DNA of 64,000 nucleotides from assembly GCA_965278995.1 (NCBI GenBank), contig OZ257136.1, forward strand, positions 2,940,553 to 3,004,552. Direction: 5' to 3'. The translations under genes were made by a program, and so were the position numbers. Of the stretch, positions 46,728 to 58,175 are shown piece by piece (position 1 is the first letter of the stretch; every line of letters begins with the position of its first letter). The notes beneath the pieces were generated by a model. That model was given only the letters and a program-made list of their open reading frames with translations. It did no database searches and was not told where the DNA came from. The stretch comes from Gammaproteobacteria bacterium (GTDB lineage Bacteria > Pseudomonadota > Gammaproteobacteria > Ga0077536).

Positions 46728-49571
46728 ATGAGCAGTGTCCCGCCAGCACCCGCTGATCCCACCCTGACGACCGAGAAGCGATTTCTTGCGCTCAATCGCG
46801 ACCGACTGGCTCGCGTCCATGCCAACCTCACCCCTCGGCAGCGCGATTTTCTCGACCTCCTGCCACTGCTGTTTCACCTGAATCATCCCCTGCTGCCCGG
46901 CTATGTGGCGAAAGAAACTGTCATCGGCATCAACGACTACGCCCCCAACCAGCGCGCATTGCGGGCCGCTCGCCGAGTCTGCCGTTCGTTCGAGTACGAC
47001 CGACGCTCGGCGCCGCGCTACGCGGTGCGTGGGCTGTACCTGATGGGCAGTCCGGGCACGATAGCGTATTCGCGCGAAAGCGATCTCGATTTGTGGTTGC
47101 TGCACGATCCGGGGCTCAGCGCAGAAGCCGTTGAAGAACTGGCCGAGAAAGCGCGTCGGATTGAAATCTTCGCCGGCGAAGTGGGACTCGAAGTGCATTT
47201 CTTCGTATTCGACGCCGAACGTTTCCGTCACGGCGAGACATTGTCTCTGTCGGCCGAATCGAGCGGCAGCTCACAGCACTATCTGCTGCTCGACGAGTTC
47301 TATCGTTCAGGTCTGTTGATCGCAGGCCTGCCGCCCCTATGGTGGCGCGTACCGGCAAGTCACGATACGGCTTACGAGGGCTATCTGCAGGGCGTTACCG
47401 AAAGGCGCGCGTTCGATCGCCGCGACTATATCGATTTCGGCGGTCTGCGCAGCATTCCCGTCGAAGAGTTTTTCGGTGCGGCGGTATGGCAGCTCTACAA
47501 GAGCATCGAGTCGCCGTACAAATCTGTCCTGAAACTGCTCTTGATGGAATCTTACGCGGCCGAATATCCGAACATCGGCCTGCTCAGTCACCGCTTCAAG
47601 CAGAACGTCGAATCGAGTACCGTCAACCTGAACGCCTTCGACCCGTACATACTCATGTACACCAAGGTTGAAGAGTATCTGCTCACACGTAACGACCCAG
47701 TACGCCTCGACGTTCTGCGGCGCAGTTTCTACCTGAAAACCAGCCTGCGCCTGAGCTCGCGGGAGAGCGCACTCGGTGGCGACTGGCGGCGCGAGGCGCT
47801 GGCCGCAATGGTCGAAGACTGGCACTGGACGCCAGCCCAGGTGGTGAGACTCGATCAACGCGACGACTGGCGGATCGACACCGCGATCGAAGAGCGGCGC
47901 GATCTGATCAATACGCTGAAAGACAGCTATGCCGCACTGTCGCAGTTTGCCCGCCAGCATGCCACCGATCAGAAGATTACCGAACATGATCTGAACGTAC
48001 TCGGTCGAAAACTCTACGCAGCATTCGAGAAGAAGCCGGCCAAGATCGAGGTGCTGACGCGCGGCATCTGCATCAATCCGGCCGAAGCAAGTCTCTCGTT
48101 GCACGAGATCCGGACCACCGACAACGCCACTGTTTGGCTGTTGTTCGCGGGGCTGGTGAAGCCGACCGAAGTCGCTTTCCGACGCCCCATGAAACGCTCG
48201 GCGGCGGCAGCGGAAATTCTCCTGTGGTGTCAGTTGAACCGGCTGTCGACGCCGGCCACGACCTGGCATGTATTTACCGCGGGCAGCGAATTGAACGCGC
48301 TTGAGATCAAGCGTATCGGCGAAGCATTCGATTCCGGCATCGGCCAACCCGACGCGCCATCGGTACTCGATCAACGCCCGCGTATCATGCGCCTGCTGCT
48401 GCTGGTCAATATCGGGGTCAATGCGTTTTCCGGCGCGGTCGGTGCAGGGAGTGTCCTCACCACCGATCATACCGATGCGTTCCGCTTCGGCGGTCGGCGC
48501 ATCAATCTGCTGAAAAGCGTTGACCTGATCTTCGCCAACAGCTGGGGCGAGACATTCGCGTTCCGTTACGAGGGCGATACCTCAGTACTCGACGCGCTCG
48601 CCGAATGTGTGCAGTGGGCACCATTCGACGGAAGCGCGCGCGATCTGCCGCCAGTCGAAGTCCGCTGCTTCACCTCCGACTATGCCAACCAGATAGCCCG
48701 GCGCGTCAGTACGAGTTTCCTTCAGGCGGGGCGTTTCGTCGCCCGCTATGCGACTGCTTCGAATCCGCATTTCGTGCTTGAGATCGACGATCGTCTGCAG
48801 CATCTGCGCGTTGAAGACGGCAAAGCGCGGGTCGACAGCCATGCCAGCCACGCGCTGCTGTTGCGGGCGCTTGGTGATGCCAGCAGCAACCGATTCAATC
48901 CGGTTCGCTTCGATCGCGGCTGCACCCGGGTCGGGGTGCTGCCACGCATCTATGCACAGAACCGTCCCGGTCGTGTCCAGATCTATGCGCAGCAGCGCGG
49001 CGAACGTGCCGATATCTATATCCTCGACGAACGCGGCCTGTTGCTGGTTCAGCGACAGGAGTGTCATGACATGAAGCAACTGCTGCATCACTACCGCCGG
49101 TTTCTCGACAATGCGCTGCCGCGCTGTACCGGGCTCGCGCGCGCATTCCCTGGCGGGCTTGTGATCGAAACCCATGAAGTCCTGCTTCAGGAGGCCGGCG
49201 TGCAATTCAAATTGCATGCCGGCGAGCCATCGTTTGGAAGACCGTATCTCTCGCTCCAGGTGCTTGCCGACGCTGATGCACAAGGTCGCCAGCAGTTCAC
49301 CATCAATGCCAATCATCGCGAGTTCTCGACCTGGGAGCATGGTGGCTCGCTGTTTCAGCAGGTCGCCGAGTATGTCTTCGCTCAGCGCGCTGGAACTGAG
49401 TCTTATCCCATCTATATCACCGACCTCGACCTCTCGACGCGTTTCCGGATTGCTGTCGGAGTGCGCACGCTACGGCCACTCGATCTGCTGAGTTACAAGA
49501 AGCGGATCGAGTACCAGTTGACTCGCGCGCTGAGTCGCGAAGGAGCGGTGCCGATAGCGCTTGCATCCTGA
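46728..49571 (+). CDS. cyaA: class I adenylate cyclase
   Basis: 947 aa. N-terminal region RQRDFLDLLPLLFHLNHPLLPGYV and the catalytic core resemble enterobacterial CyaA. Confidence 0.85.
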   Translation: MSSVPPAPADPTLTTEKRFLALNRDRLARVHANLTPRQRDFLDLLPLLFHLNHPLLPGYVAKETVIGINDYAPNQRALRAARRVCRSFEYDRRSAPRYAVRGLYLMGSPGTIAYSRESDLDLWLLHDPGLSAEAVEELAEKARRIEIFAGEVGLEVHFFVFDAERFRHGETLSLSAESSGSSQHYLLLDEFYRSGLLIAGLPPLWWRVPASHDTAYEGYLQGVTERRAFDRRDYIDFGGLRSIPVEEFFGAAVWQLYKSIESPYKSVLKLLLMESYAAEYPNIGLLSHRFKQNVESSTVNLNAFDPYILMYTKVEEYLLTRNDPVRLDVLRRSFYLKTSLRLSSRESALGGDWRREALAAMVEDWHWTPAQVVRLDQRDDWRIDTAIEERRDLINTLKDSYAALSQFARQHATDQKITEHDLNVLGRKLYAAFEKKPAKIEVLTRGICINPAEASLSLHEIRTTDNATVWLLFAGLVKPTEVAFRRPMKRSAAAAEILLWCQLNRLSTPATTWHVFTAGSELNALEIKRIGEAFDSGIGQPDAPSVLDQRPRIMRLLLLVNIGVNAFSGAVGAGSVLTTDHTDAFRFGGRRINLLKSVDLIFANSWGETFAFRYEGDTSVLDALAECVQWAPFDGSARDLPPVEVRCFTSDYANQIARRVSTSFLQAGRFVARYATASNPHFVLEIDDRLQHLRVEDGKARVDSHASHALLLRALGDASSNRFNPVRFDRGCTRVGVLPRIYAQNRPGRVQIYAQQRGERADIYILDERGLLLVQRQECHDMKQLLHHYRRFLDNALPRCTGLARAFPGGLVIETHEVLLQEAGVQFKLHAGEPSFGRPYLSLQVLADADAQGRQQFTINANHREFSTWEHGGSLFQQVAEYVFAQRAGTESYPIYITDLDLSTRFRIAVGVRTLRPLDLLSYKKRIEYQLTRALSREGAVPIALAS

Positions 49572-49672
49572 GGAATCTGGCCTGAGCTCGTCGGTGGTTC
49601 ATGTACGGACGCGTCGCAGCTCTGAACGCGAATCCAGTAGAATGACCGCGAGTTACTTCACTGGGCGACTGA

Positions 49673-50548
49673 ATGGGCAAGGCAGACAAATTTTTTGCGC
49701 GCGCCGAGCAATTGCTCGAGCGCCTCGAGCGATGTTTTCCGGCAACTGCAGACGATGAACTCGAGGGTGCAATCGCCTGGCGCTGGCGCCGCCGCGGCGA
49801 CAGCGGCCGCCTGCAGGCAATCACCCGCTTCAATGCTGTTCGCCTGGCCGATTTGCTGCACGTTGATCGCCAGAAGGACGCGCTGGCGCGGAATACGCGC
49901 CAGTTTCTTGCCGGCCTGCCCGCCAACAACGCGCTGCTGTGGGGTCCACGCGGTACCGGCAAGTCGTCGCTGGTGAAAGCGCTGCTGAATGATTATGCCG
50001 CGGCAGGCCTGCGCCTGGTCGAAGTCGATCGCCTGGATCTGGTCAGTCTGCCTGATATTGTTGATCGCCTTCATGACAGTCATGGTCGCTACGTGATCTA
50101 TTGTGATGATCTTTCGTTCGACGAAAACGACGCCACGTATCGTGCGCTGAAAACCGTGCTCGACGGCTCGGTGCTCGACACGCCCGAGAACATCATCATT
50201 TATGCGACCTCGAATCGACGGCATCTGATGCCGGAATACCAAGCCGACAATCAAGGTGTCCGCATCATCGACGGTGAGCTGCACCAGACCGAAGCAGTGG
50301 AAGAAAAAATTTCGCTTTCCGAGCGTTTCGGCTTGTGGCTGTCGTTTCATCCCTTGAGCCAGGACAAATACCTCGATATCGTCATGCACTGGCTGGCCAG
50401 CTTCAACGCTGATCTGACGGACACTGAGACGGTGCGTCGGGCCGCTTTGCAATGGGCGCTGCTGCACGGCTCGCGCAGCGGGCGCTCGGCATATCAGTTC
50501 GCCCGTGACCGAGCCGGGCGCGAGCAACTCGGTGAGAATGATGGCTGA
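49673..50548 (+). CDS. DUF815 P-loop ATPase
   Basis: Walker A LWGPRGTGKSS, Walker B VIYCDDL. This family is commonly found next to hpt. Confidence 0.7.
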   Translation: MGKADKFFARAEQLLERLERCFPATADDELEGAIAWRWRRRGDSGRLQAITRFNAVRLADLLHVDRQKDALARNTRQFLAGLPANNALLWGPRGTGKSSLVKALLNDYAAAGLRLVEVDRLDLVSLPDIVDRLHDSHGRYVIYCDDLSFDENDATYRALKTVLDGSVLDTPENIIIYATSNRRHLMPEYQADNQGVRIIDGELHQTEAVEEKISLSERFGLWLSFHPLSQDKYLDIVMHWLASFNADLTDTETVRRAALQWALLHGSRSGRSAYQFARDRAGREQLGENDG

Positions 50549-51104
50549 CCCGAACTTGATGACCGAAGTGGTGCAGGTGCGCCGAACCGCGCATTGCCTG
50601 GCCGATCCCGCGGCGATTGAACAGGCCATGGACCGCATGGCAGCGCAGATCACGAGCGAACTCGCTACGGCCAATCCACTGCTGCTCGGCATCATGACCG
50701 GTGGTGTCACTCCACTCGCCATGCTGCTGCAGCGGATGGACTTCCCGCTGCAAGTCGACTATGCACATCTGACCCGCTACGGCGCGCAGACCAGTGGCGG
50801 CGATATGCACTGGATCAAGCGCCCGCCGGCAACGGTAGCTGGACGCACTGTGCTGATTGTCGACGACATTCTCGATCACGGCATCACACTCGCCGCGCTC
50901 GTCGCCGAATGCGAGCGTCTGGGCGCAGCACGTGTGCTTACCGCAGTGCTGGTGACCAAGATCATGACTGCACGCAGCGGGCTCGCACGGGCAGATTACA
51001 GTGCACTCTCTCTGCCTGACGCCTATCTGTTCGGTTATGGCATGGACTATAAGACCTATCTTCGTAACGCACCGGGGATCTTCGCCGTGGTTGAAACAGC
51101 GTGA
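50538..51104 (+). CDS. hpt: hypoxanthine-guanine phosphoribosyltransferase
   Basis: PRPP-binding motif VLIVDDILDHGITL. Start at Met12 of ORF 50505..51104, overlapping the DUF815 stop. Confidence 0.8.
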   Translation: MMADPNLMTEVVQVRRTAHCLADPAAIEQAMDRMAAQITSELATANPLLLGIMTGGVTPLAMLLQRMDFPLQVDYAHLTRYGAQTSGGDMHWIKRPPATVAGRTVLIVDDILDHGITLAALVAECERLGAARVLTAVLVTKIMTARSGLARADYSALSLPDAYLFGYGMDYKTYLRNAPGIFAVVETA

Positions 51105-51850
51105 AGCTCGCCATCATCGGCGGCAGCGGGCTGTACGCGCTGGAGCAACTGCTGAACCGGCGCGAGCAGCGGGTGATGACAGCCTGGGGCGCACCGTCCG
51201 GGGCGATAGTGTGCGGCGCGTTGAATGGCATCGAGCTGCTTTTTCTGCCACGCCATGGGGTCGCTCATCATTTGCCACCGCATCTGGTCAACTATCGCGC
51301 GAATCTGGCTGCGCTTGCTGAACTCGGTGCCGAGGCAGTGGTAGCAACAACTGCAGTCGGCGGCATCGCGCCCAATACGCCAGCCGGCACCATAGTCGTA
51401 CCGCACCAGATCATCGATTACACCTGGGGCCGCGAGCATAGCTACTCGGATGGCACGCAGCCGCACCCGCAGCACGTCGACTTTTCGGAACCGTTTACCG
51501 GCTGGTTGCGTGAACGATTGCTCGCTGCCTGCGCGAAAACCGGGACAGCCGCGCTGGCGAGCGGCATCTACGGCGCGACCCAGGGTCCGCGCCTGGAATC
51601 GGCGGCTGAAATTGATCGCATGGACCGCGATGGGTGCACACTGGTCGGCATGACGGGCATGCCGGAAGCCGGACTCGCCCGCGAGCTTGGACTCGCTTAC
51701 GCCAACATCTCGCTGGTCGTGAACCCTGCTGCCGGACGCGCGCAGGGTCCGATCACGATGGCCCAGATTGAGCACGAACTCAGCGCCGGCATGTCGCGCA
51801 TCAAAGCGGTAATTGTCGCTCTGACCGGCCTGCTTGCAGCGAATCGCTGA
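51101..51850 (+). CDS. mtnP: S-methyl-5'-thioadenosine/thioinosine phosphorylase (PNP/MTAP family)
   Basis: MKLAIIGGSGLY... N-terminus and PNP/UDP family fold. 4-nt overlap with hpt. Confidence 0.8.
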   Translation: MKLAIIGGSGLYALEQLLNRREQRVMTAWGAPSGAIVCGALNGIELLFLPRHGVAHHLPPHLVNYRANLAALAELGAEAVVATTAVGGIAPNTPAGTIVVPHQIIDYTWGREHSYSDGTQPHPQHVDFSEPFTGWLRERLLAACAKTGTAALASGIYGATQGPRLESAAEIDRMDRDGCTLVGMTGMPEAGLARELGLAYANISLVVNPAAGRAQGPITMAQIEHELSAGMSRIKAVIVALTGLLAANR

Positions 51851-51865
51851 GACTGGAGTCGATGT

Positions 51866-52738
51866 TCAGCGCAATGCCGGGGCCGGAGCCGGTGGTGCTT
51901 GCGGTATCGGTGCAGGCAGCGGGGGCGTGCCGGGTGCATTCACCGGCGCCTCGCCGGTGTCGTCGAGCGGTTCATCGGCACTGACTTCGGCCGTCGCCGG
52001 CACCTCCGGCAACACGTACGGCGTGACCTGAACCAGCACACCGAAAAGTGGATGATCGAAGTAATGGATCTCACGGAACTTCACTCCGCGGGTCTCCTGC
52101 AGCCGTACCGGCAGATTATCGTGGTAATAGAGAAAATCGACGGTCACGTGCAGCAGTCGCTCGACCTTGAGACTGACTGTGCCTTCGACTTTGGGCGTCA
52201 ACAAGTCGGGAGGACCGGTCTGATCGACCAGGATACCAGTGCGCGTACCGCGGCTGCTGCCGCGATCAGAACCGGGAACATCGGAGAGATAGACACGCCT
52301 TGCGCCAGCTACACCGAAGCTCGGTTGGCGCCACGCAGTGGCGAACAGAGGGTGATAGCCGCGCGCTGTACCCAGCCGCTGGGCGATAACGGCGAGTCGC
52401 ATGTCGGCGCGTGCAAGCGGCACGAACGCGACTGGTTCATTCGCGCCGGCACCTGCGGCAGACGCGGGTTCATCAGTCATCGCTGGAAGATCGGTGATGA
52501 GATCCATCGCTTGACTGTAGTCCGGCAATACAGCGAGTTCCGGCCACTGCTCGTTGCCGCGACTGGCGCCATCCGTATGTTCGAAGACCACGACCTCGAC
52601 CTGATACCAGCGCGCGCTGACCGGCAGCGCGGTACCGACGAGCAGCAGCGCCACTAACGCGCTTGTCAGGTTAAGGACCCTGGTCCTAAGCCGCACTGTC
52701 GCCCCCGAAACGTTCAAACAGATGATCGAGCTCGTCAA
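51866..52738 (-). CDS. CsiV-like (DUF2803) periplasmic protein
   Basis: Signal peptide with WYQVEVVVFEH. Pro-rich C-terminus. Positioned after mfd as csiV is in several gammaproteobacteria. The family call rests on this positional argument and limited sequence resemblance. Confidence 0.4.
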   Translation of the reverse strand: MTSSIICLNVSGATVRLRTRVLNLTSALVALLLVGTALPVSARWYQVEVVVFEHTDGASRGNEQWPELAVLPDYSQAMDLITDLPAMTDEPASAAGAGANEPVAFVPLARADMRLAVIAQRLGTARGYHPLFATAWRQPSFGVAGARRVYLSDVPGSDRGSSRGTRTGILVDQTGPPDLLTPKVEGTVSLKVERLLHVTVDFLYYHDNLPVRLQETRGVKFREIHYFDHPLFGVLVQVTPYVLPEVPATAEVSADEPLDDTGEAPVNAPGTPPLPAPIPQAPPAPAPALR

Positions 52739-55700
52739 AGCGCGCCTGCGCGTCCAGCAGTTCCTTGTTGATCTTGATTTTCTCGCCGCCTTCGAAGCGG
52801 TAATTTCGGTCGGTCTGCACCAGCCGGATGATTTTCATCGGATCGATGTTCGGATTGGGGTAGAACTCGATGCGCCCGCCACGACTGCCGAGATCGATAC
52901 GCCGGATACCGAGCCGCTCGGCAGCGAGCTTGAACGATGTTACACGAAACAGATTCTCGACCGGTGTCTCGAACAGGCCGAAGCGGTCGACTATCTCTTC
53001 ACGCAGTTCGTTCAGTTCGTCGGGCCCGCGCGCGCTCGCAATTCGCTTGTACAGGATAAGTCGGGCATGCACATCTGGGAGATAGTCCTCCGGCAGCAGC
53101 GCCGGAATGTGCAGCTCGACTTCGACGCGAGCGTCCAGTGCATCTTCCAGATTGATGCCGCGACCGGCTTTGAGCGCCGCAACGGTGCGATTCAACAACT
53201 CCGAGTACAGGCTGAATCCGATTTCCTGGATATGGCCGCTCTGTTCGTCGCCGAGAATTTCGCCAGCGCCGCGGATCTCGAGATCGTGGGTAGCGAGCGT
53301 AAAGCCGACGCCCAGTTCTTCCAGTGATTCGATAGCTTCCAGCCGCTTGACTGCATCCGCCGTGATCTCGCGCCGATTGGGTACGACCAGATAGGCGTAA
53401 GCACGATGATGGGAACGGCCGACGCGACCGCGCAACTGGTAAAGCTGAGCCAGGCCGAACTTGTCGGCGCGGTTGATGATCATGGTATTGGCATTTGGAA
53501 CGTCGATGCCGGTCTCAATGATCGTCGTGCATAACAGGACATTACAGCGGCCATGATAGAAGTCGAGCATGACCTGTTCGAGCTCGCGTTCGCGCATCTG
53601 GCCATGGGCGACAGCGACCCGCGCTTCCGGCGCTATTTCACGCACGGTTGCCGCCATCTGCTCGATATCCTCGACCACGTTGTGCACGAAATAGACCTGC
53701 CCCCCGCGACCAATTTCACGCAGGATCGCTTCGCGCAGCAGCACTGGTGACCATTCACGGACGAACGTCTTGATGGCGAGGCGCTTCGACGGCGCTGTCG
53801 CGATGATCGACAGTTCGCGCGTCCCGGCCAGCGCCATGTTGAGCGTGCGCGGTATCGGCGTCGCCGTCAGCGTTAGAATGTCGACGTTCGCACGCAGCGC
53901 TTTGATCTGCTCTTTCTGACGGACACCGAAACGATGTTCCTCATCGACGATTAGCAGACCGAGACGCTTGAAGCGGATGTCTTTCGACAACAGCTTGTGC
54001 GTGCCGACGACGATATCGACGGTGCCGTCGGTGAGTCCAGCAAGGATTTGCTTGGTCTCCTTGGCATCGCGAAAGCGCGAGAGCTGCTCGACTTTCACCG
54101 GCCAGTCGGCAAAGCGGTCGCGCAGCGTTTCGTAGTGCTGCCCGGCGAGCAGCGTAGTGGGCACAAGTATGGCCACCTGCTGACCGTCATGTACGGCAAC
54201 GAACGCCGCACGCATGGCGACTTCGGTCTTGCCGAAACCGACATCGCCGCAGACCAGTCGGTCCATCGGCTGCTCGCCGCGCATATCGGCGAGGACGGCT
54301 TCGATAGCGGCTATCTGATCCGGCGTTTCCTCGAATGGAAAGCCTTGTTCGAATGCTGCGAAACCGTGCCTGTCGACATTGAACGCATGACCCTTGCGCG
54401 CGGCTCGGCGGGCGTGGATTTCGAGCAGCTCGGCGGCAACATCGCGAATCTTCTCGGCCGCCTTGCGGCGAGCCTTGTCCCACTGCCCGCTGCCGAGTTT
54501 GTGCAGTGGGGCGTGCTCGGGATCGACGCCGGAATAACGGCTGATGCGATCGAGCGAGCTGACCGGAACGTAGAGGTTGTCACCGTCGGCATAGGAAATC
54601 TTGATGAATTCATTGGTGACGCCGGCGACCGTCAACACTTCGAGACCTCGATAGCGACCGACGCCGTGCTGTTCATGTACAACCGGTGCGCCGACCGTCA
54701 ACTCGGTCAGATTGCGCAGGATGGCGTCGTTGTCGGTAGCGCCGCGTCGACGTCGCCGTTGTGCAGCGCGTTCACCGAATAATTGCGCTTCGGTCAGCAG
54801 ACTGATGCGCGGGTCATCGAACTCCGCACCATCGGCCAGCGGGCCGACCGCGATACCGACGGGGTCGGAGCCAGCAAGAAAATCCGCCCAGGATTCGTAA
54901 GCGTGCGGCCGGAACGACTGCTCGCGAAACATCTCGACCAGCGTTTCGCGCCGACCGAGTGAGTCTGCCAGAAACAGCACACGACCCTGCACGCGGCGGA
55001 GGTGCTCGGCCAGCAGACCAAAAGGCTCGGCCGCGCGGGCGTCGACCGGTACACGTACCGGCGCGCGAGTCGCGAATGCCAGCGCGCTGTCGCCGGCCTG
55101 CGGTTCTATCCCAGCGACGTCGATGCAGGCAAATGGTGCGAGCGCTGCGGTGAACCCGGCATAGTCGACGAACATGCGCGCTGGCGCGACTATCGGTCGT
55201 TCAATGTCATGACGCAGCGATTCGTAACGCTCGGCAACCGCAATCTCGAATTGTGCCGCCGCCGCCGCCACGCCTTCATCGATGACGATCAGCGCGCCAG
55301 ACGGGAAGTACGCCGTCAGTACATCCAGGTCGTCAAAAAACAGCGGCAGATAATATTCGATGCCGGCTGGTGCAAGCCCTTCAGAGACGTCTTGATAGAG
55401 CGGGGAATTCTGTGCGGGACCGTCGAATTCCAGGCGCCAGGCACGACGGAATTCGCGTGTCGCGGCTTCGTCCAGCGGGAATTCGCGTGCCGGTAGAATC
55501 TCAATCGCGTCGCACGCGCTCATCGAACGTTGCGTATCGACGTCGAACAGACGCAGGGTTTCGATTTCGTCGTCGAGCAGATCGATACGGAACGGCGACT
55601 CGGCGCCCATCGGAAAGACGTCGATGAGCGAGCCGCGAAAGGCACAATCGCCGTGTTCGACGACCTGTGCACCAACCCGATAACCAGCCGCATCGAGGCG

Positions 55701-56216
55701 CCGGCGGAAATCGTCACGATCGATGCGCTCACCGGGATGCAGACTGAACGCGCGACCTTCCAGCCAGCTTCGCGGGGCGAAGCGATGGAGCGCGGTCTGA
55801 ATGCCCATCACCACGACACCCGTGCCGAGCTCCGGCAATCGGCTCAAGGTCGCAATGCGTTCGGAGACGATGTCCTGATACGGGCTGAAGCGATCGTAAG
55901 GTAGCGTTTCCCAGTCCGGGATATGCGCCCGCGGGATCTCGGGTGCAAAGAACGCCAGTTCGCGTTCGAATCGCGCGGCATTCGCCGCGTCACTGGCGAG
56001 CAGGATGACTGGCCGACCGTGCTGGCGGGCGAGCGTTGCGATAGCGAGCGCTTTGCTTGCGCCATACAAACGAATCCATTGCGCACGCGTGCCGGGTGCC
56101 GGCGCCTTCGGCGGCTTTAGCGGACTGTGCCGCTGGTCGTCCTCCACTGCGGGCACACGCTTTTCGCTGGCAGCGAGCTTCACGGCGGGCTCACACAGGC
56201 GCGCGCCGCGTGGCAT
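52686..56216 (-). CDS. mfd: transcription-repair coupling factor Mfd
   Basis: Similarity to Mfd throughout: UvrB-homology, RID, and the translocase motifs [16 protein letters not shown] and DEEHRFGV. The annotated Met gives an N-terminus about 25-30 aa longer than orthologues and a 37-nt overlap with pyrF, so the true start is probably downstream of 56216. Confidence 0.9.
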   Translation of the reverse strand: MPRGARLCEPAVKLAASEKRVPAVEDDQRHSPLKPPKAPAPGTRAQWIRLYGASKALAIATLARQHGRPVILLASDAANAARFERELAFFAPEIPRAHIPDWETLPYDRFSPYQDIVSERIATLSRLPELGTGVVVMGIQTALHRFAPRSWLEGRAFSLHPGERIDRDDFRRRLDAAGYRVGAQVVEHGDCAFRGSLIDVFPMGAESPFRIDLLDDEIETLRLFDVDTQRSMSACDAIEILPAREFPLDEAATREFRRAWRLEFDGPAQNSPLYQDVSEGLAPAGIEYYLPLFFDDLDVLTAYFPSGALIVIDEGVAAAAAQFEIAVAERYESLRHDIERPIVAPARMFVDYAGFTAALAPFACIDVAGIEPQAGDSALAFATRAPVRVPVDARAAEPFGLLAEHLRRVQGRVLFLADSLGRRETLVEMFREQSFRPHAYESWADFLAGSDPVGIAVGPLADGAEFDDPRISLLTEAQLFGERAAQRRRRRGATDNDAILRNLTELTVGAPVVHEQHGVGRYRGLEVLTVAGVTNEFIKISYADGDNLYVPVSSLDRISRYSGVDPEHAPLHKLGSGQWDKARRKAAEKIRDVAAELLEIHARRAARKGHAFNVDRHGFAAFEQGFPFEETPDQIAAIEAVLADMRGEQPMDRLVCGDVGFGKTEVAMRAAFVAVHDGQQVAILVPTTLLAGQHYETLRDRFADWPVKVEQLSRFRDAKETKQILAGLTDGTVDIVVGTHKLLSKDIRFKRLGLLIVDEEHRFGVRQKEQIKALRANVDILTLTATPIPRTLNMALAGTRELSIIATAPSKRLAIKTFVREWSPVLLREAILREIGRGGQVYFVHNVVEDIEQMAATVREIAPEARVAVAHGQMRERELEQVMLDFYHGRCNVLLCTTIIETGIDVPNANTMIINRADKFGLAQLYQLRGRVGRSHHRAYAYLVVPNRREITADAVKRLEAIESLEELGVGFTLATHDLEIRGAGEILGDEQSGHIQEIGFSLYSELLNRTVAALKAGRGINLEDALDARVEVELHIPALLPEDYLPDVHARLILYKRIASARGPDELNELREEIVDRFGLFETPVENLFRVTSFKLAAERLGIRRIDLGSRGGRIEFYPNPNIDPMKIIRLVQTDRNYRFEGGEKIKINKELLDAQARFDELDHLFERFGGDSAA

Positions 56217-56905
56217 TCCGTCTGAATGGCCAGCAGCGCCGCAAGCGGGTCGTCCGCGCGCGTGATCGGGCGACCGACGACAAGATGCGTGGCACCGGCC
56301 GCGATCGCCGCTGCCGGGGTCGCGATGCGCAGCTGATCATCGAGACTGCCGCCTGCGGGGCGTACACCGGGTGTGACCAGCGCGAATTCTGCGCCGAACC
56401 GGCTGCGTAAAGCCGCTATTTCTAACGGCGAACAGACCACCCCATCGAGTCCGGCGTCGCGCGCCAGCGCCGCCAGCCGCAATACCTGTGCTGCCGCGCC
56501 GTCTGCTATCCCGACAGCGGCCAGCGCGGCGTCATCCATGCTGGTCAACACGGTCACCGCAATCAGCAATGGCCGTGCATCGTGAGATCCCAACGCGGCC
56601 CGTGCCGCGTCGAGCATGGCAGGCCCGCCAGCGGCGTGCACGTTGACCATCCAGCAGCCGAGATCGGCCGCCGCACGACAGGCGCCGGCCACGGTGTTTG
56701 GAATATCATGAAATTTGAGATCGAGAAACACCTCGAAGCCGGAACGGCACAGCGCAGCGACGACTGCCGGCCCGGCCCGCGTGAACAATTCCTTGCCAAC
56801 TTTCAGCCGACATGCCGCGGGGTCGAGCCGATCGGCAAGCGCCAGCGCTTCGCTCTCGGTATCGAAATCGAGCGCAACAATGACAGGTCGGTCCAGGTCG
56901 GTCAT
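56180..56905 (-). CDS. pyrF: orotidine-5'-phosphate decarboxylase
   Basis: [22 protein letters not shown]...LKVGKELF...[11 protein letters not shown]. Confidence 0.9.
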   Translation of the reverse strand: MTDLDRPVIVALDFDTESEALALADRLDPAACRLKVGKELFTRAGPAVVAALCRSGFEVFLDLKFHDIPNTVAGACRAAADLGCWMVNVHAAGGPAMLDAARAALGSHDARPLLIAVTVLTSMDDAALAAVGIADGAAAQVLRLAALARDAGLDGVVCSPLEIAALRSRFGAEFALVTPGVRPAGGSLDDQLRIATPAAAIAAGATHLVVGRPITRADDPLAALLAIQTECHAARACVSPP

Positions 56906-56990
56906 GTGTTTGTATCAGTTGTAACGGGCAGTCTGTCGGAGATGGGTCGAATCCAGTGCAGCGGCGGGGAGCGCCGAAGTCAGCCCGGAA

Positions 56991-58175
56991 TTATTCGCCT
57001 TCGATGCCGTGGATGGGCTTCACCGAGTTCCAGGTCTTGCAGCTCGGGCATTGCCAATGCAGCGAACGACCCTTGAAGCCGCAGTTGCCGCAGGCATAGC
57101 TCGATTTGTGGTCGAGCAGACTCGCCGTGAGTTCCTTCAGCAGTAACAGATTGTCGCGCGTTTCGCCCTCGACCTGAACCAGTGAATAGTCAATTAGTCG
57201 ATCGATTCCGCGCACAGTCGGGCGAAACTTGAGCTCCTCGATGATGCGCGCTTTCGCTTCGACCGCACGTCCCTGCCCGACCATCAATTCAGCGAGCTGC
57301 AGCACCGGCGTAATGCCGGCATGCAGACCGCTCAGACGCTCGAGATAGGCCAGTAGTTCGTCATTGCGGCCCAGCGCACGGTGGCACTCGACCAACGGCA
57401 CGATAGCCTCGGACAGGAAATGGATATCCTGCGTCTCGATCTGCTGCAGATGCCGGATGGCGGCATCGAACGCGCCGGCCGTCATCGCCAGACGCCCCTG
57501 CATGAGGCTGGCACGCACGCTTTTCGGATGTGCCGCAACGGCCTCACGAAGTCGCGCGCTCGCTTCCTCGACATCGCCCTCGGCCAGCGATGCGTCGGCT
57601 TGTTCGCAGAGAAAATGCGCGCGGCGCTGGCTGTAATCGCGATTGCCTAGTTTCTCGAGACGGACCGTATATTCGAGCGCTTTCTCCCAGTCACGTTCCT
57701 GCTGGTAGATGTCGACAAGATGATCGATTGCCTGCCGCTGATGAGCGCCGAGTTCGAGCAGCTCCTTGAACAGACTTTCAGCGCGATCGAGCAATCCCGA
57801 ACGCATGTAGTCGAGCCCCAGCTCGAGCAGTGCCAGAGCACGCTGGTCGAACTCTAGGCTTGGTCGCGCAACTAGATTCTGATGAATGCGAATGGCGCGA
57901 TCGACTTCGCCACGCCGGCGGAAAAGATTACCGAGTGCGAGATGGGTCTCGACCGTCTCGCTTTCGACTTCAAGCACTTTGATGAAAACTTCGATGGCCT
58001 TGTCGGGGCGATCGTTCAGCAGGAAATTGAGGCCACGAAAATAATCTGGCGACATGCTGCCGGCGCGACCACGCACTTTACGTGCGCCATGTTCGCGGCG
58101 CCCGACATACCAGCCCGACAGAGCCGCCAGCGGTAGGAGACAGACGACGATGCCGAACAGGATTTCAACGCGCAT
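56991..58175 (-). CDS. lapB: lipopolysaccharide assembly protein LapB (TPR + rubredoxin-like)
   Basis: N-terminal TM helix, TPR repeats, and a C-terminal CGNCGF...CPSCKTW zinc-binding motif. Start taken at Met22 of ORF 56991..58238. Confidence 0.85.
   Translation of the reverse strand: MRVEILFGIVVCLLPLAALSGWYVGRREHGARKVRGRAGSMSPDYFRGLNFLLNDRPDKAIEVFIKVLEVESETVETHLALGNLFRRRGEVDRAIRIHQNLVARPSLEFDQRALALLELGLDYMRSGLLDRAESLFKELLELGAHQRQAIDHLVDIYQQERDWEKALEYTVRLEKLGNRDYSQRRAHFLCEQADASLAEGDVEEASARLREAVAAHPKSVRASLMQGRLAMTAGAFDAAIRHLQQIETQDIHFLSEAIVPLVECHRALGRNDELLAYLERLSGLHAGITPVLQLAELMVGQGRAVEAKARIIEELKFRPTVRGIDRLIDYSLVQVEGETRDNLLLLKELTASLLDHKSSYACGNCGFKGRSLHWQCPSCKTWNSVKPIHGIEGE

Noticed and set aside
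47337-49340. Antisense ORFs inside cyaA (47337..48470, 377 aa; 48582..49340, 252 aa)
   Set aside because: Internal to the class I adenylate cyclase gene on the other strand. No independent support.
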